Source: an uncultured cyanobacterium (GTDB taxonomy: Bacteria; Cyanobacteriota; Cyanobacteriia; Cyanobacteriales; CAWUOF01). Taken from it: a stretch of DNA of 64,000 nt. Each line of letters opens with the position of its first letter. The stretch's first letter is position 1. The stretch lies in contig CAVUSO010000001.1 in the NCBI GenBank assembly GCA_963744145.1, positions 3,296,001 through 3,360,000 of the forward strand, written 5' to 3'. Shown here piece by piece: positions 42,056 through 53,471 of the stretch. The notes under the pieces are model-generated. The model worked only from the letters and a program-made list of their open reading frames with translations. It had not been told where the DNA came from and searched no databases. The position numbers and the translations under genes are program-made.

Positions 42056-42808
42056 ATGACTTTAGAGCTAGCAACCTTGTTACGGGAAGGAACCAAACAT
42101 TCCCATACAGCAGCAGAAAATACAGCTTTTATGAAGTGTTTCCTCAAGGGAATAGTGGAATGGGAACCCTTTCGCAAACTGATCGCTGATTTATATTATG
42201 TATACCATACTCTAGAAGCAGCAATTCGTGATCACCGAGATCATCCTGTAGTGGGTTTAATCTATTTTCCAGAATTAGAACGCGAACAGAAATTAGAGCA
42301 AGACTTAGAATTTTATTATGGTGAAAACTGGCGCGATCAGATTAGTGCTTCTCCTGAAGGAGTTAAGTATGTAGAGCATATCCAGGAAATATCTAATCGT
42401 AATCCAGCTCTGCTAGTAGCTCATTCTTATGTGCGTTATATGGGCGATCTTTCCGGGGGTCAAAGCTTGAAAAATATTATTCGTTCTGCTTTGAAATTAC
42501 CAGACGATCGCGGTACTGGATTGCATGAATTTGACCAAATTCCAACTCCAGTTGAGAAACGAGCATTTAAAGAAAAATATCGGGATGTCTTGAATGCTTT
42601 ACCAGTTGATCAGGAATTAGCTACCCAAATTGTCGCTGAAGCTAACTATGCTTTTGAACTCAACCGTAATGTGTTACATGAATTAGAAGCAGATGTCAAA
42701 ATAGCCGTTGGTGACCATGTTTTTGATTTACTTACTCGTCAAGATAAACCTGGTAGCACAGAACGTGATCCTGGTAATACATCAGTTGAACTAATTAGCG
42801 CTCAATAG
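42056..42808 (+). CDS. ho2: Heme oxygenase (HO2-type)
   Basis: LREGTKHSHTAAEN, HSYVRYMGDLSGGQ. Confidence 0.9.
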   Translation: MTLELATLLREGTKHSHTAAENTAFMKCFLKGIVEWEPFRKLIADLYYVYHTLEAAIRDHRDHPVVGLIYFPELEREQKLEQDLEFYYGENWRDQISASPEGVKYVEHIQEISNRNPALLVAHSYVRYMGDLSGGQSLKNIIRSALKLPDDRGTGLHEFDQIPTPVEKRAFKEKYRDVLNALPVDQELATQIVAEANYAFELNRNVLHELEADVKIAVGDHVFDLLTRQDKPGSTERDPGNTSVELISAQ

Positions 42809-42931
42809 TTTGAGGGAGAGCTGGTAATTGGTTAATCAGCGATCGAACTACATCAATTACCAATTACCAAAACTAGAAATTTCTCATTAAGCACCAGTCC
42901 ATTAATTCAGAATTAGAACTTAGCAGAGACT

Positions 42932-44329
42932 ATGAAATTAGTATCCCAAACCGTTGAATTTGACTTAAATTTGCTCAGAAAATATGATCGTCCCGTACCA
43001 CGATATACCAGTTATCCACCCGCAACGGAACTGAAGGAAGAATTTGATCTCATCGATTTTCAGACAGCGATCGCAGTCAGTAATTATAAGAAAACTCCTT
43101 TATCGCTTTATTGTCATATTCCCTTTTGCGAAACTCCCTGCTATTTCTGTGGTTGTAATACAATTATTACCCCAAGGAAAGACTTAGCTGCTCCTTATTT
43201 GGATTATCTTGAACGTGATCTTGAGCAGATGGCTGAATTAATCGATCGCGATCGTCAAGTCCATCAACTTCATTGGGGAGGTGGTACACCTAATTATTTA
43301 TCTCCAGCACAGGTAGAAAGACTGTGGAATAAGATTAACCATCATTTTCACTTTGCTCCTGAAGCGGAAATTTCTATCGAAGTAAATCCCAGATTTTTGG
43401 ATAAGAATTACATTTTCTTTTTGCGCGATTTAGGATTTAAACGGATTAGTTTCGGAATTCAGGATTTCGATCCAAAAGTCCAAGAAGCTGTGAATCGTAT
43501 TCAGCCCGAATCAATGTTATTTTCGGCAATAGAGTGGATTCGAGACGCAGGATTTGAAAGTGTTAATGTTGATTTAATTTATGGATTACCCTATCAAGAT
43601 TTAGATACTTTCAAACGGACAATTCAGAAAACTATTAAACTAAATCCCGATCGCATTGCTGTGTTCAATTTTGCTTATGTTCCTTGGTTAAAACCAATTC
43701 AAAAACGCATTCCTCAATCAGCACTACCACCAGCTTCAGAAAAACTTAGGATCATGCAAATGACGATTGAGGAATTAAGTAGCAATGGTTATGTATTTAT
43801 TGGGATGGATCATTTTGCTAAACCTAATGATGAACTAGCGATCGCCCAAAGGGAAGGAGAATTGCACCGAAATTTCCAAGGATATACCACCCAACCGGAA
43901 TCTGATTTGCTAAGTTTTGGAATGACTTCTATTAGTATGTTACATGATGTTTATGTGCAAAACCATAAACGGCTAAAAACTTACTATAAATCTATCGATC
44001 GGAGAGAATTACCAATAGAACGAGGTGTTAAACTGAGCAAAGATGATATCATCAGACGCACGATAATTATGGAGTTAATGTGTGAGTTTCAACTGGACAA
44101 AGATGAGATTGAAGAAAAATATCATCTTAGCTTCGATCAGGATTTTGAAGAATATTTTGCTCAAGAAAAATATGAATTGAGATTACTCGAAATCGATGGT
44201 TTAATCCAGCTTTCTCCTAACCATATTCAAGTCACACCCACGGGACGATTACTGATTAGAAATATTGCCGCAGCTTTTGATACATATTTGAAAAAACACC
44301 AGGTTGAAAAATTTTCTAAAGCTGTGTAA
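42932..44329 (+). CDS. hemN: Oxygen-independent coproporphyrinogen III oxidase
   Basis: PRYTSYP, HIPFCETPCYFCGC, HWGGGTP, RNFQGY. Confidence 0.96.
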   Translation: MKLVSQTVEFDLNLLRKYDRPVPRYTSYPPATELKEEFDLIDFQTAIAVSNYKKTPLSLYCHIPFCETPCYFCGCNTIITPRKDLAAPYLDYLERDLEQMAELIDRDRQVHQLHWGGGTPNYLSPAQVERLWNKINHHFHFAPEAEISIEVNPRFLDKNYIFFLRDLGFKRISFGIQDFDPKVQEAVNRIQPESMLFSAIEWIRDAGFESVNVDLIYGLPYQDLDTFKRTIQKTIKLNPDRIAVFNFAYVPWLKPIQKRIPQSALPPASEKLRIMQMTIEELSSNGYVFIGMDHFAKPNDELAIAQREGELHRNFQGYTTQPESDLLSFGMTSISMLHDVYVQNHKRLKTYYKSIDRRELPIERGVKLSKDDIIRRTIIMELMCEFQLDKDEIEEKYHLSFDQDFEEYFAQEKYELRLLEIDGLIQLSPNHIQVTPTGRLLIRNIAAAFDTYLKKHQVEKFSKAV

Positions 44330-44376
44330 TTAGTAAATACCAATATAACTCAATACGGTTCAGTATTGAGTTATAA

Positions 44377-45705
44377 TTAATTCTTTACTGAAGAAGAATG
44401 GTGCTGCCGAAGAGGAATTTCAATGATAAATTCTGTTCCTTGACCTGGAGTAGAATGACAATAAATCTTACCATGGTGTTTTTCAACTATGATTTGGTGA
44501 CTAATAGAAAGTCCTAACCCAGTTCCTTTACCAATAGGTTTAGTTGTGAAAAATGGTTCAAATAGTCTAATGGCGATCGCTTGATCAAAGCCTATTCCGT
44601 TATCTGCAATGCAAATCTTAACCCAGCTATCAGATATTACATCGGTGGAAATCTTAAGGAGAGAAGGTGAATTTTGACTATTAATACCATTGGAGTTTTT
44701 ACTGCGTTCTTCTAAAGCATCAATAGCATTACTAAAAATATTCATAAATACCTGGTTTAAGTGACTAGGATAACATTCCACAACTGGAATTTTTCCGTAA
44801 TTCTTAATAACTTGAATGCCAAGAGAATCAGAATTAGGTTTAAGACGATGTTGCAAGATTAACAGAGTAGTTTCAATTCCTGTCTGGAGATCAACTGTTT
44901 GTAATCCAGTTTCATCTGTACGGGTAAAATTACGCAGTGACAGCACAATATCACGAATACGATCAGTGCCGATTTGCATCGACTCCAAAATTTTAATTAA
45001 GTCTTCCTGTAGGAATTCTAGCTCGATTTCCTCTGCTTTTGCTTGAATTTCAGGTATGGGATTAGGATAGTGTTTTTGATATAGTTGGAGAAACTCAAGT
45101 AAATTTTGAGTATAGCTTTTCAAATGGGAGAGATTGCCATAAATAAAACTAACTGGGTTATTAATTTCATGGGCAACACCTGCTACTAGCTGTCCTAGTG
45201 ATGACATTTTTTCATTTTTGACAAGCTTTACTTGAGTGGACTTCAAATGATTGAGCGCTTCGGTTAGTTCATTGGTTCTTTCAACTACCTTTTGTTCTAA
45301 TGTCTTTCTCATCGCTTGAAGTTCTAATTGTACTCGAATCCGTGACAACACTTCTTCATGTTGAATTGGCTTAGTAATGTAATCCACTGCTCCTAAATTT
45401 AGCCCTTTAACTTTATCAACAGGATCAGCCAGAGCAGTCATAAATATCACTGGAATTCCTTGAGTCTGCTCAGAAGCTTTCAGTTGACGACAGGTTTCAA
45501 ATCCATCAATTCCTGGCATCATTACATCCAATAAAATTAGGTCTGGTGTATAGGATTGTAGCCTTTGCAGAGCATTTTCACCGCTTTTGGCGATCGCTAC
45601 CCGATAACCGGTCTCATTCAAAAGATCGAATAGTACCTGAATATTAGTAGGATTATCGTCAACTACTAAAATCGTGCCTTGTTGTATGGTTGTTTCAATT
45701 TTCAT
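44377..45705 (-). CDS. Hybrid histidine kinase (REC-HisKA-HATPase)
   Basis: LVVDDN, LLDVMMP, AHEINNP, FFTTK..GTGLGL. Confidence 0.92.
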   Translation of the reverse strand: MKIETTIQQGTILVVDDNPTNIQVLFDLLNETGYRVAIAKSGENALQRLQSYTPDLILLDVMMPGIDGFETCRQLKASEQTQGIPVIFMTALADPVDKVKGLNLGAVDYITKPIQHEEVLSRIRVQLELQAMRKTLEQKVVERTNELTEALNHLKSTQVKLVKNEKMSSLGQLVAGVAHEINNPVSFIYGNLSHLKSYTQNLLEFLQLYQKHYPNPIPEIQAKAEEIELEFLQEDLIKILESMQIGTDRIRDIVLSLRNFTRTDETGLQTVDLQTGIETTLLILQHRLKPNSDSLGIQVIKNYGKIPVVECYPSHLNQVFMNIFSNAIDALEERSKNSNGINSQNSPSLLKISTDVISDSWVKICIADNGIGFDQAIAIRLFEPFFTTKPIGKGTGLGLSISHQIIVEKHHGKIYCHSTPGQGTEFIIEIPLRQHHSSSVKN

Positions 45706-45716
45706 AATTTGAGTTA

Positions 45717-47874
45717 CTAGAGGTACTGCTGCAATAAATTTAAAATGGCGATATCATCAAATTGCCGACTGAATTCCAAAAGTTTATTGGCAAATGGAAC
45801 ATATTTAGGATCAAGAAGTTTCAGACGATTTGCTTCCTGCTGAATATCACTAATAAAACCAACTTGGGCTGCTTTATATAAAGCATCTAGTTCGGCTGCG
45901 GGTGGTGCAATCAATTCCTGTGGTGACTCCAAAGTAGACACTTGCTGCACAGTTTCTTTTGTTTCATAAACCCAAGTTATATTCAAAAATCGCTGCAACT
46001 GTCCTAATAAACCTTCAAATTCAATCGGTTTGGGAAAGAAACTGTCGCATCCTGCATCAATGCTTTCCTGGCGATCGACATGGGATAGACTAGCTGGAGA
46101 CGCAATAATGGGGACTGTGGCAAATTGTGGGATCTGACGTAACTGACGAGTCATTTCTAAACCATCCATCACAGGCATCAATATATCAGTAATAATCAAG
46201 TGTGGGTGCATCTGAATGATATAATCAAAACCTTCCTGTCCATTTTTTGCTTCCAAAACTTTAAATCCTAGAGGTTCTAACAAATTTACTATGATTGAAC
46301 GATTTTCAGGATGGTCATCTATAACTAGAATTTTACAGCGTTCTCCTTGATAGCCGATCACCTTTAATGTTGAATTTTGTGCCTGTCCAATCCAATCGGA
46401 GGCGCGTCATTAAATCCAGATCAAACCAAAATAGAGTTCCTTTACCAACAACACTATTGACGCGAATTTTACTGCCCATCTTTTGAATAATTTCCTGACT
46501 GATTGCCAAACCTAATCCAGTTCCTTCCGAATTGCGATCGCGCTTTCCAGCTTGTTCAAATGGTAGAAAAATCGAGTCTAATTTATTAGCCGGAATACCA
46601 ATTCCTGTATCTTCAATTTGAAAGCGAATTTTATAGGTGGGAATTGTAAGCTTTGAATTTGATTCTCTCAAAGAAATATCATCTTTTGTACCTTCTTTCT
46701 GTTCAAGTAGATCAATTTTAAAAGTAACACTGCCAAAATCAGTAAACTTTACTGCATTGCTGAGTAAATTGAGCAATACTTGCCGTAAGCGTTTGTCATC
46801 AGCATAAATTGCTACAGGCAATTGATCGGATGGTTGATATTGAAATGCTATGCCTTTTTGGTCTGCTTTAATCCGACACATTTCAGCCGTATTACTAAGG
46901 AAATTCGAGAAATGGAAATCTTGAGGATAGAGTTCCATTTTGCGCGACTCCAGTTTAGCTAGATCTAGCACATCGTTGATCATGGTTAGCAAATGAGAGC
47001 CACATTGATGAATAATATTTAAACCTTGGAGTTGTTTTGGTGTGATTTCTGGATCGCGCTCGAGAATTTGGGTATAACCCAGAACACCATTAAGAGGAGT
47101 TCTTAGCTCGTGGTTCATATTTGCTAGAAACTCGGTTTTGGTTCTGTTAGCAACTTCAGCAGCTTCTTTAGCAATATTTAGTTCGGTCAGTTTGATTTCT
47201 AATTCTTCATTCAATTGTTGCAGCTTATTTTCCGCATAATTTCTTTCTATTACTTCACTACGAATTAGCTTGTAGAGCCATAAAACAATAGTTATATTAA
47301 GAATAATTCCAGCTAAAAACGTGACTATACACTGAATTACAGTAATTTTAACTGCTTGCTCTTTCAGAAGTATTCCTCCCTGTTCTCTAGCTTTCATCTC
47401 TCGCACAATTCCCTGGATATAATTAAGATTAATTTCCTGTGTGCTAATAATTGCCGCTATATTAAGATGATTATCTTGATGGGATTCAATTCCTTGCTTA
47501 AATAACTTTAAGCAATCCTTAATCAAGGATTTTAATTGTTGTAAACTTGCTGTTTGTATCAAGTTACTAGCAACCAGTTTTTGTAACCGTCGCAATTCCT
47601 GATCAACGTTTAATAAAGCAATACCATAGCGATCTAAAGCTACATTATTATTCTGAATTAACAAATAACTCTGTTGTCCTACCTCTGCATCTTTTAAACT
47701 ATTTACCAACAATCCAAGACTTTCCATAATTTCCAAATGCTGGGCAATTTTGTGATTTGTTTCCAGAGTTTCTTGTGCGCTCCAAAATGCTATTCCATTA
47801 ACGAGTAGTGACAGGACTATTGCTAATCCTAATCCTCTAGCTATCCGTTGTAAAAATTTTGTGGATTGTTTCAT
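45717..47874 (-). pseudogene. CHASE3 hybrid histidine kinase split by a frameshift near 46400
   Basis: TM-LKDAEVGQQSYLL (CHASE3)-TM, NHELRTPLN, HATPase; linker ASDWIGQ..VIGYQG and REC continue in another frame. Confidence 0.75.
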
Positions 47875-47920
47875 CAGTATTTTCCCAACCGTGAAGGATA
47901 GTTAAATTGATATTTTGTGA

Positions 47921-48706
47921 TTACAGTAGCTTAATTCCAAACTGTTTAAAAACCGTTACGGATTGAGGGGTAGTTAAAAAATTTAGGAATGCGGTTGCTT
48001 CCTTAACGTGGGTAGATCCCTGACGAATTGCTGCTACACCAGTGATCGGTTGATACAAGTCTAAACTTGCGATCGCAGCTATTTTAACGGCAGAGGATAA
48101 CTTGGCTTCTGACAAAAAGGTAATTCCTGCATCTACCTCACCATTTTCAACAGCTATTAAAATCTCTCGGACATCGAAATTTGCCCAGATTGCTTTAGGC
48201 TGAATTTGTTCATAAATTCCCAAATTAGTCAGAATTTCTTTTGTATAATTCCCAATCCCAAGACGGTTAGTACCGATCGCAATCTTTCGGATACGACCAC
48301 TAGTTAAATCTTTAAAATCAGAAATTGATAAAGTGGAAGTTGCTGGTACAATAATAACGACATCTGTAGTCAGTAAATTTCTGCGGCTTTTTGGCACAAT
48401 TAGTCCATCTAATTGCAACTGATCAATCGGTAGAGCTGAAGCAGATAGTAAAAGATCAAATGATTCTCCCCGTTTGACAGCATTCTGTAACACCCGATCG
48501 CCTGCAAATGTGTAGCTGACAACAATGTTTGGTTTTTCCTGTTGATAAATACTATTAATTTCCTCTAAGGGACTTCTGACCATCCCCGCTGCTCCCACAT
48601 TTAACGCGATTGATTCGGATGCTTGTGGAGAAAAACTTTTTATCCAGAGACAGAGAGCAAATGTGGTAACTAATAGTATAATGTATGAAAATATTTTCAT
48701 AAACAT
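47921..48706 (-). CDS. Divergent ModA-like periplasmic anion-binding protein
   Basis: FDLLLSAS, KIAIG, DVREIL.AVENGEVDAG, AFLNFL; no modB/modC adjacent. Confidence 0.75.
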   Translation of the reverse strand: MFMKIFSYIILLVTTFALCLWIKSFSPQASESIALNVGAAGMVRSPLEEINSIYQQEKPNIVVSYTFAGDRVLQNAVKRGESFDLLLSASALPIDQLQLDGLIVPKSRRNLLTTDVVIIVPATSTLSISDFKDLTSGRIRKIAIGTNRLGIGNYTKEILTNLGIYEQIQPKAIWANFDVREILIAVENGEVDAGITFLSEAKLSSAVKIAAIASLDLYQPITGVAAIRQGSTHVKEATAFLNFLTTPQSVTVFKQFGIKLL

Positions 48707-48779
48707 TTATCCTCAATAAGCGATAAAACCTAATTTAGCATAATACAAAGCTTTAAGAAGAGCTAAATGAATTATAACT

Positions 48780-48902
48780 CAATCCGGTTCAGTTAGGAAT
48801 ATTTTGGAATATCTCGGAGAACAAGGACGAAGAAGCATTTAACCCTAATATTAATTCCCATCTGTGAGCGGATCAACTCAGAGCATTAACTGAACCCTAT
48901 TG
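48780..48902. mobile_element. Roughly 120-bp MITE-like element with CAAT.CGGTTCAGTTA terminal inverted repeats; related ends at 17721, 40021 and 44351
   Basis: CAATCCGGTTCAGTTA ... TAACTGAACCCTATTG. Confidence 0.55.
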
Positions 48903-49068
48903 CAATATAACCGGGTCAGCTAAGATATTTCTGTACCCTAAGTACCCTTTGACTCTACTCAAGGGGGACTCGATCGCATCACCATCTTCCCAGCAGTGAT
49001 CCAAAACACAGGCAAAGCTAAAATCTAAGTGTTACTCTATTAAAAAACTGATCAGGAGCATTAACAAT

Positions 49069-49653
49069 ATGCACAGAGTAATACCATCAATTTTAACCAT
49101 TAGTTTACTTTTAACTGAATGCTATATTCAACCAGCGATCGCAGAAACACCAAATCAAGCTACTCAATCAACTTGGAAAAAATTTGTTTCTCAAGAATAT
49201 GGATTTAATATATTAATGCTCGGAGAGCCTCATAGTTCAAAAGCTAATGATTTTTCCTTTAAGGATGGGAAAAAGATTAATTTTCAAACATTTTCTAGTT
49301 ATCAAAATCATCTTCAAGCTGTATATGGAATCTCAATTACTGACGTTGATAATCAACTGAAAGATCGGCAAGGGCAATTAAGTTTCTTCACGACATTTTT
49401 AAATAGTATTTTATCCGATCAAAATTATACAGCAACTTTAATTTATCAAAAAGACATTACCATTAATAACTATCCAGGTAAAGAATTTAAAGTTAATCTC
49501 CTGATTAACAATAAGAAAGTTTTAGCTATCCATCGATTATATTTTATCAATCAACGTGCTTATATAATTGGTGTTATAGCAGCTGATAATTTGCCGAGTG
49601 ATATTGCTGTTAATAGTCGAAATTTTCTAGACTCTTTCCAATTAAACCCTTAA
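49069..49653 (+). CDS. Secreted hypothetical protein
   Basis: Signal peptide; WKKF.S..GF, YPGKEF, FLDSFQL. Confidence 0.6.
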   Translation: MHRVIPSILTISLLLTECYIQPAIAETPNQATQSTWKKFVSQEYGFNILMLGEPHSSKANDFSFKDGKKINFQTFSSYQNHLQAVYGISITDVDNQLKDRQGQLSFFTTFLNSILSDQNYTATLIYQKDITINNYPGKEFKVNLLINNKKVLAIHRLYFINQRAYIIGVIAADNLPSDIAVNSRNFLDSFQLNP

Positions 49654-49850
49654 TCTAGTTTTGATCGCGTTTAACTAGATCAGCATATTCATTATACATT
49701 ATAATTATAGGCGTAACTTGCTGATATTCATCCTGATTGTCCTCAAATCACCTAGAGTGATTAGTTGCCAATCCGAATTCCTCCCGCTAATATAATCAGC
49801 TAGATGATCAAGCGATCGACATTAATAATCTGAATCAGGAGTAATTTAAT

Positions 49851-51497
49851 ATGCAAACCATTTCCTCTAGTTCATCGGCTTGGCAAAAACTCAGAAACCG
49901 GGAAATTACCTGTGAAGAAGCACTAGCTTTATTAATAGATGCCAAAGGAATTGTGAATCTAAAACTAGTTGACAAAGAAGTAAGTTATCGCTTTTATCGC
50001 GAATTTCCAGATCAGAATTCTTTACCACCAATTATTCCTTTACTATTATGGCGAAACTGCTACTATTTAGGTTGTCCAGTAGAAATATCCCCTGAAGATA
50101 TCCGCAAACTCAGCGATCGCACTTTCACCGAAATCAAAATTATCCCTATTGCGGATAAAAGCTATCGTGCTTGGTATCACTCAGAAAAGCTTGATCCAAA
50201 CCGGATCAGTTCCGCACCATTATTAGATCCACTCACTGGACTAACAAGCAAAGAAGATATTAGCGAAACTACGGAACTATATCTCGCGAAAGCAGTTGAT
50301 CAAATTGGACGGATTAAAACCCTAATTTCTGGTGCTTTGCGTAATCGAGCTAGTGATATCCATTTAGAACCAACCATAGAAGGATTAAGAGTTCGCTATC
50401 GGATTGACGGGGTACTACGAGAGATAACTACTCTACCCGTTGACATTAGTCGTCGAGTAGTTGTTGCTCTGAAAGTGATGTCAAAAATGGATATTTCCGA
50501 AAGTCGTCGTCCCCAAGATGGACGGATTGGAGATAACTATGCGATCGATCAAACTACTCAAGCTTCCTTAGATATGAGAGTGAGTACCCTCCCTTGTGTA
50601 GTTGGGGAAAAAGCAGTGATTCGTTTACTACCCCAGGAAAATCCTTTTTCCGATCTCAACAGTTTAGGATTTTCACCCAAAACCTTAGAAACTTACAAAA
50701 CTTGGTTGAGCCAACCCCAAGGAATGATCATTCTCACCGGACCGACTGGTTCAGGAAAAACCAGCACTCTTTACACCAGTTTACAAGCAGTTGCCACAGA
50801 ACAAGTTAACGTTGTAACCGTAGAAGATCCGGTGGAATATGTTTTATCTAATATCACTCAAACCCAAGTTCATGAACGTGCTGGAATGACTTTTGCGGCT
50901 GGATTAAGAGCAATTTTACGTCAAGATCCAGATATTGTCATGGTCGGGGAAATTCGGGATAGTGAAACCGCAGAAACCGCAGTCCGAGCAGCTTTAACAG
51001 GACATTTAGTATTTACTACTTTACACACTAACGACGCCGTCGGTGCCATTCCCCGGTTAAAAGATATTGGTCCTGATCCTGGTTTAATTAGTGATGCGTT
51101 ATTAGGAATTCTAGCCCAGCGTTTAGTCCGCAAAGTTTGTGATGCTTGTGCCGAACCTTATACACCAACAGATGAGGATTTAAGAGTATTAGGAATTACC
51201 AGAGACGCAGCTAATCCTGATGCGTGGCGTCGGGGACGAGGTTGTTCTCATTGTTTAAATTCTGGCTATAAAGGACGGGAAGCCATTGTGGAAATTTTGG
51301 ATGTCGATGAAAGAGTCCAAGAGCTAATTTATGAAGGGACAATGATGCAAATGCACCGCTATTTGAGTCAAACTGGTTTTGCTTCTTTTCGAGTCGCAGC
51401 GATCGAGAAAGTGACAAGCGGGATCACCACTATCCCCGAACTACTGCGAGTTTTGCATCGTAGTGCTTTGCGACGCAAATCTTATATGACTGAATAA
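49851..51497 (+). CDS. GspE/PilB family secretion ATPase
   Basis: ASDIHLEP, PQDGR, GPTGSGKT, LRQDPD, GEIRD, CxxC pairs. Confidence 0.92.
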   Translation: MQTISSSSSAWQKLRNREITCEEALALLIDAKGIVNLKLVDKEVSYRFYREFPDQNSLPPIIPLLLWRNCYYLGCPVEISPEDIRKLSDRTFTEIKIIPIADKSYRAWYHSEKLDPNRISSAPLLDPLTGLTSKEDISETTELYLAKAVDQIGRIKTLISGALRNRASDIHLEPTIEGLRVRYRIDGVLREITTLPVDISRRVVVALKVMSKMDISESRRPQDGRIGDNYAIDQTTQASLDMRVSTLPCVVGEKAVIRLLPQENPFSDLNSLGFSPKTLETYKTWLSQPQGMIILTGPTGSGKTSTLYTSLQAVATEQVNVVTVEDPVEYVLSNITQTQVHERAGMTFAAGLRAILRQDPDIVMVGEIRDSETAETAVRAALTGHLVFTTLHTNDAVGAIPRLKDIGPDPGLISDALLGILAQRLVRKVCDACAEPYTPTDEDLRVLGITRDAANPDAWRRGRGCSHCLNSGYKGREAIVEILDVDERVQELIYEGTMMQMHRYLSQTGFASFRVAAIEKVTSGITTIPELLRVLHRSALRRKSYMTE

Positions 51498-51575
51498 TTT
51501 TACGATTTTTTTTAGATTTTCGGAAAATCAATTTATGATTTTAGCATGGGTTTTTCAGTCATCAAGGAGACAATA

Positions 51576-52577
51576 ATGAAAGCAGTAGTAATGATTACAC
51601 CAGGTCATCCCGAGGTTCTGCAAGTTCAAGAAGTACCAACACCTACCATTAAAACCGATACAGAAATTTTAGTTAGACTTCGTGCCGCAGGAGTTAACCC
51701 CATTGATACTAAACTCCGTAAACGAGGTAATTTTTACCCCCAGGAAATTCCCGGAATTTTAGGATGTGATGGTGCTGGTATTGTAGCAGCAGTAGGAACA
51801 AAAGTTGAAAATTTTCAAGTTGGAGATGAAGTCTATTATTGTCAAGGGGGATTAGGTGGTCCCCAGGGAAATTATGCTGAATTTGCCGTAGTTGATGCCC
51901 GTTTTGTGGCGAAAAAACCTGCTAATTTGAGCTTTACTGAAGCCGCAGCTGCACCTCTAGTTTTAATTACTGCTTGGGAAGCACTATACGATCGCGGTCG
52001 TTTACAAGCTGGACAAACAGCTTTAATTCATGCTGGTGCTGGTGGTGTTGGTCATGTGGCAATTCAACTGGCTAAACTTCAAGGTGCTACTGTTTGTACT
52101 ACTGTTAGCTCCCCAGAAAAAGCTGACTTTGTACGTCAATTAGGCGCTGATTATCCGATTTTATATAAACAAAATGATTTTGTCAAAGCTGTTTTAGAAT
52201 GGACTAATGGTGAAGGAGTTGATCTGGCTTTTGATACCATTGGAGGATATTTATTAACCCAAACATTTCCGGCTGTGAAAGTTTATGGAGATCTAGTAAC
52301 CATTCTCGAACCTGACCAAAATACTAATTGGAAAGTAGCTCGCAATCGCAATCAACGTATTAGTATGGAGTTAATGTTAACACCAATACTGCAAAAAATG
52401 GTAACAGAACAGCAACAACAAGCGAAAATCTTACAGCAATGTGCCCGTTTAATTGAACAGGGTAATCTGAAAATTCATGTTGGTCAAACTTTCCCCCTCA
52501 CCGAAGCGATCGCTGCTCATCGTTTACAAGAAACTGGTTCAATGACTGGTAAAATTGTTTTGCTCATTGGCGATTAA
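51576..52577 (+). CDS. MDR family NADPH:quinone oxidoreductase
   Basis: MKAVV, GVNPID, HAGAGGVG, GKIVL. Confidence 0.88.
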   Translation: MKAVVMITPGHPEVLQVQEVPTPTIKTDTEILVRLRAAGVNPIDTKLRKRGNFYPQEIPGILGCDGAGIVAAVGTKVENFQVGDEVYYCQGGLGGPQGNYAEFAVVDARFVAKKPANLSFTEAAAAPLVLITAWEALYDRGRLQAGQTALIHAGAGGVGHVAIQLAKLQGATVCTTVSSPEKADFVRQLGADYPILYKQNDFVKAVLEWTNGEGVDLAFDTIGGYLLTQTFPAVKVYGDLVTILEPDQNTNWKVARNRNQRISMELMLTPILQKMVTEQQQQAKILQQCARLIEQGNLKIHVGQTFPLTEAIAAHRLQETGSMTGKIVLLIGD

Positions 52578-52752
52578 TCGAATTGGCCAAATTGTTAGAT
52601 TAACTTGACAAAAAACCAGAAAGATGATCTCGGTAGATAGCAAAAACCCGAAATAACACGATTATTTCTAGAGCAACTCTAATTAAAACATGGAACTTTT
52701 TCAGAGAACATCTTGTCTAAACTTGCAAATCAAGAAAAAAGGAATAGACATT

Positions 52753-53280
52753 ATGTCTCTGAACGGCTATAAATTTGCTTCTAGAGGTATTCTGACAGCT
52801 TTGCTGACACTAGGAATCGGCTCGATCGCTTTAGCTGATGCTCCAGGTAATCATCCCCGTTATATTCATGCTCGCAGTGACTTACAGAAAGCAAGTATTT
52901 TATTACATATAAGGGAAGAAGACTCTAGATTTAGGGATCAAGGAGGAGCAGATAATGAGGTCAGAGCTGCAATTAGAGAAATCGATCACGCTGCATTTCT
53001 TGATCAGAAAAATTTAGATGATCATCCAAATGTAGATGTTTCTCTCAGAGGGACCAATCGACTCCACGAAATTTCTCGACTGCTCCAGAGTGCTAAAGGA
53101 GATATCAGACAAGAAGAGGATAATCCCGATGCTAGAGCTTGGCGTAACCGAGCTGAATCTCATATTGATCGAGCCATGAATTGGATTGCACAAGTTCTTA
53201 ATAATCGAGACAATAATTACGATAGTAATCATAATTATCCCCGTGATGCCTATCCCAGAAATTACTATCCCAGATATTAA
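52753..53280 (+). CDS. Secreted helical hypothetical protein with YPR repeats
   Basis: Signal peptide ending ALA; HPRYIHARSDL. Confidence 0.55.
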   Translation: MSLNGYKFASRGILTALLTLGIGSIALADAPGNHPRYIHARSDLQKASILLHIREEDSRFRDQGGADNEVRAAIREIDHAAFLDQKNLDDHPNVDVSLRGTNRLHEISRLLQSAKGDIRQEEDNPDARAWRNRAESHIDRAMNWIAQVLNNRDNNYDSNHNYPRDAYPRNYYPRY

Positions 53281-53471
53281 TCACCCGGAGAAATGGCGAT
53301 CGCTTGTCTCTCAAGGGAATAGTTAAAGCCAAGTTTTTTTAATCCCAGTATGAATGGGTGATGAACAGTAGCTTATTCAAATTTCTGTTAATATTTCTTT
53401 ATCCTATCATCAAGAAACCCAGTTTCTAGTCTGGAGTGCGTAAGTTCTGATCTATACAGGAAAATAGCAAA

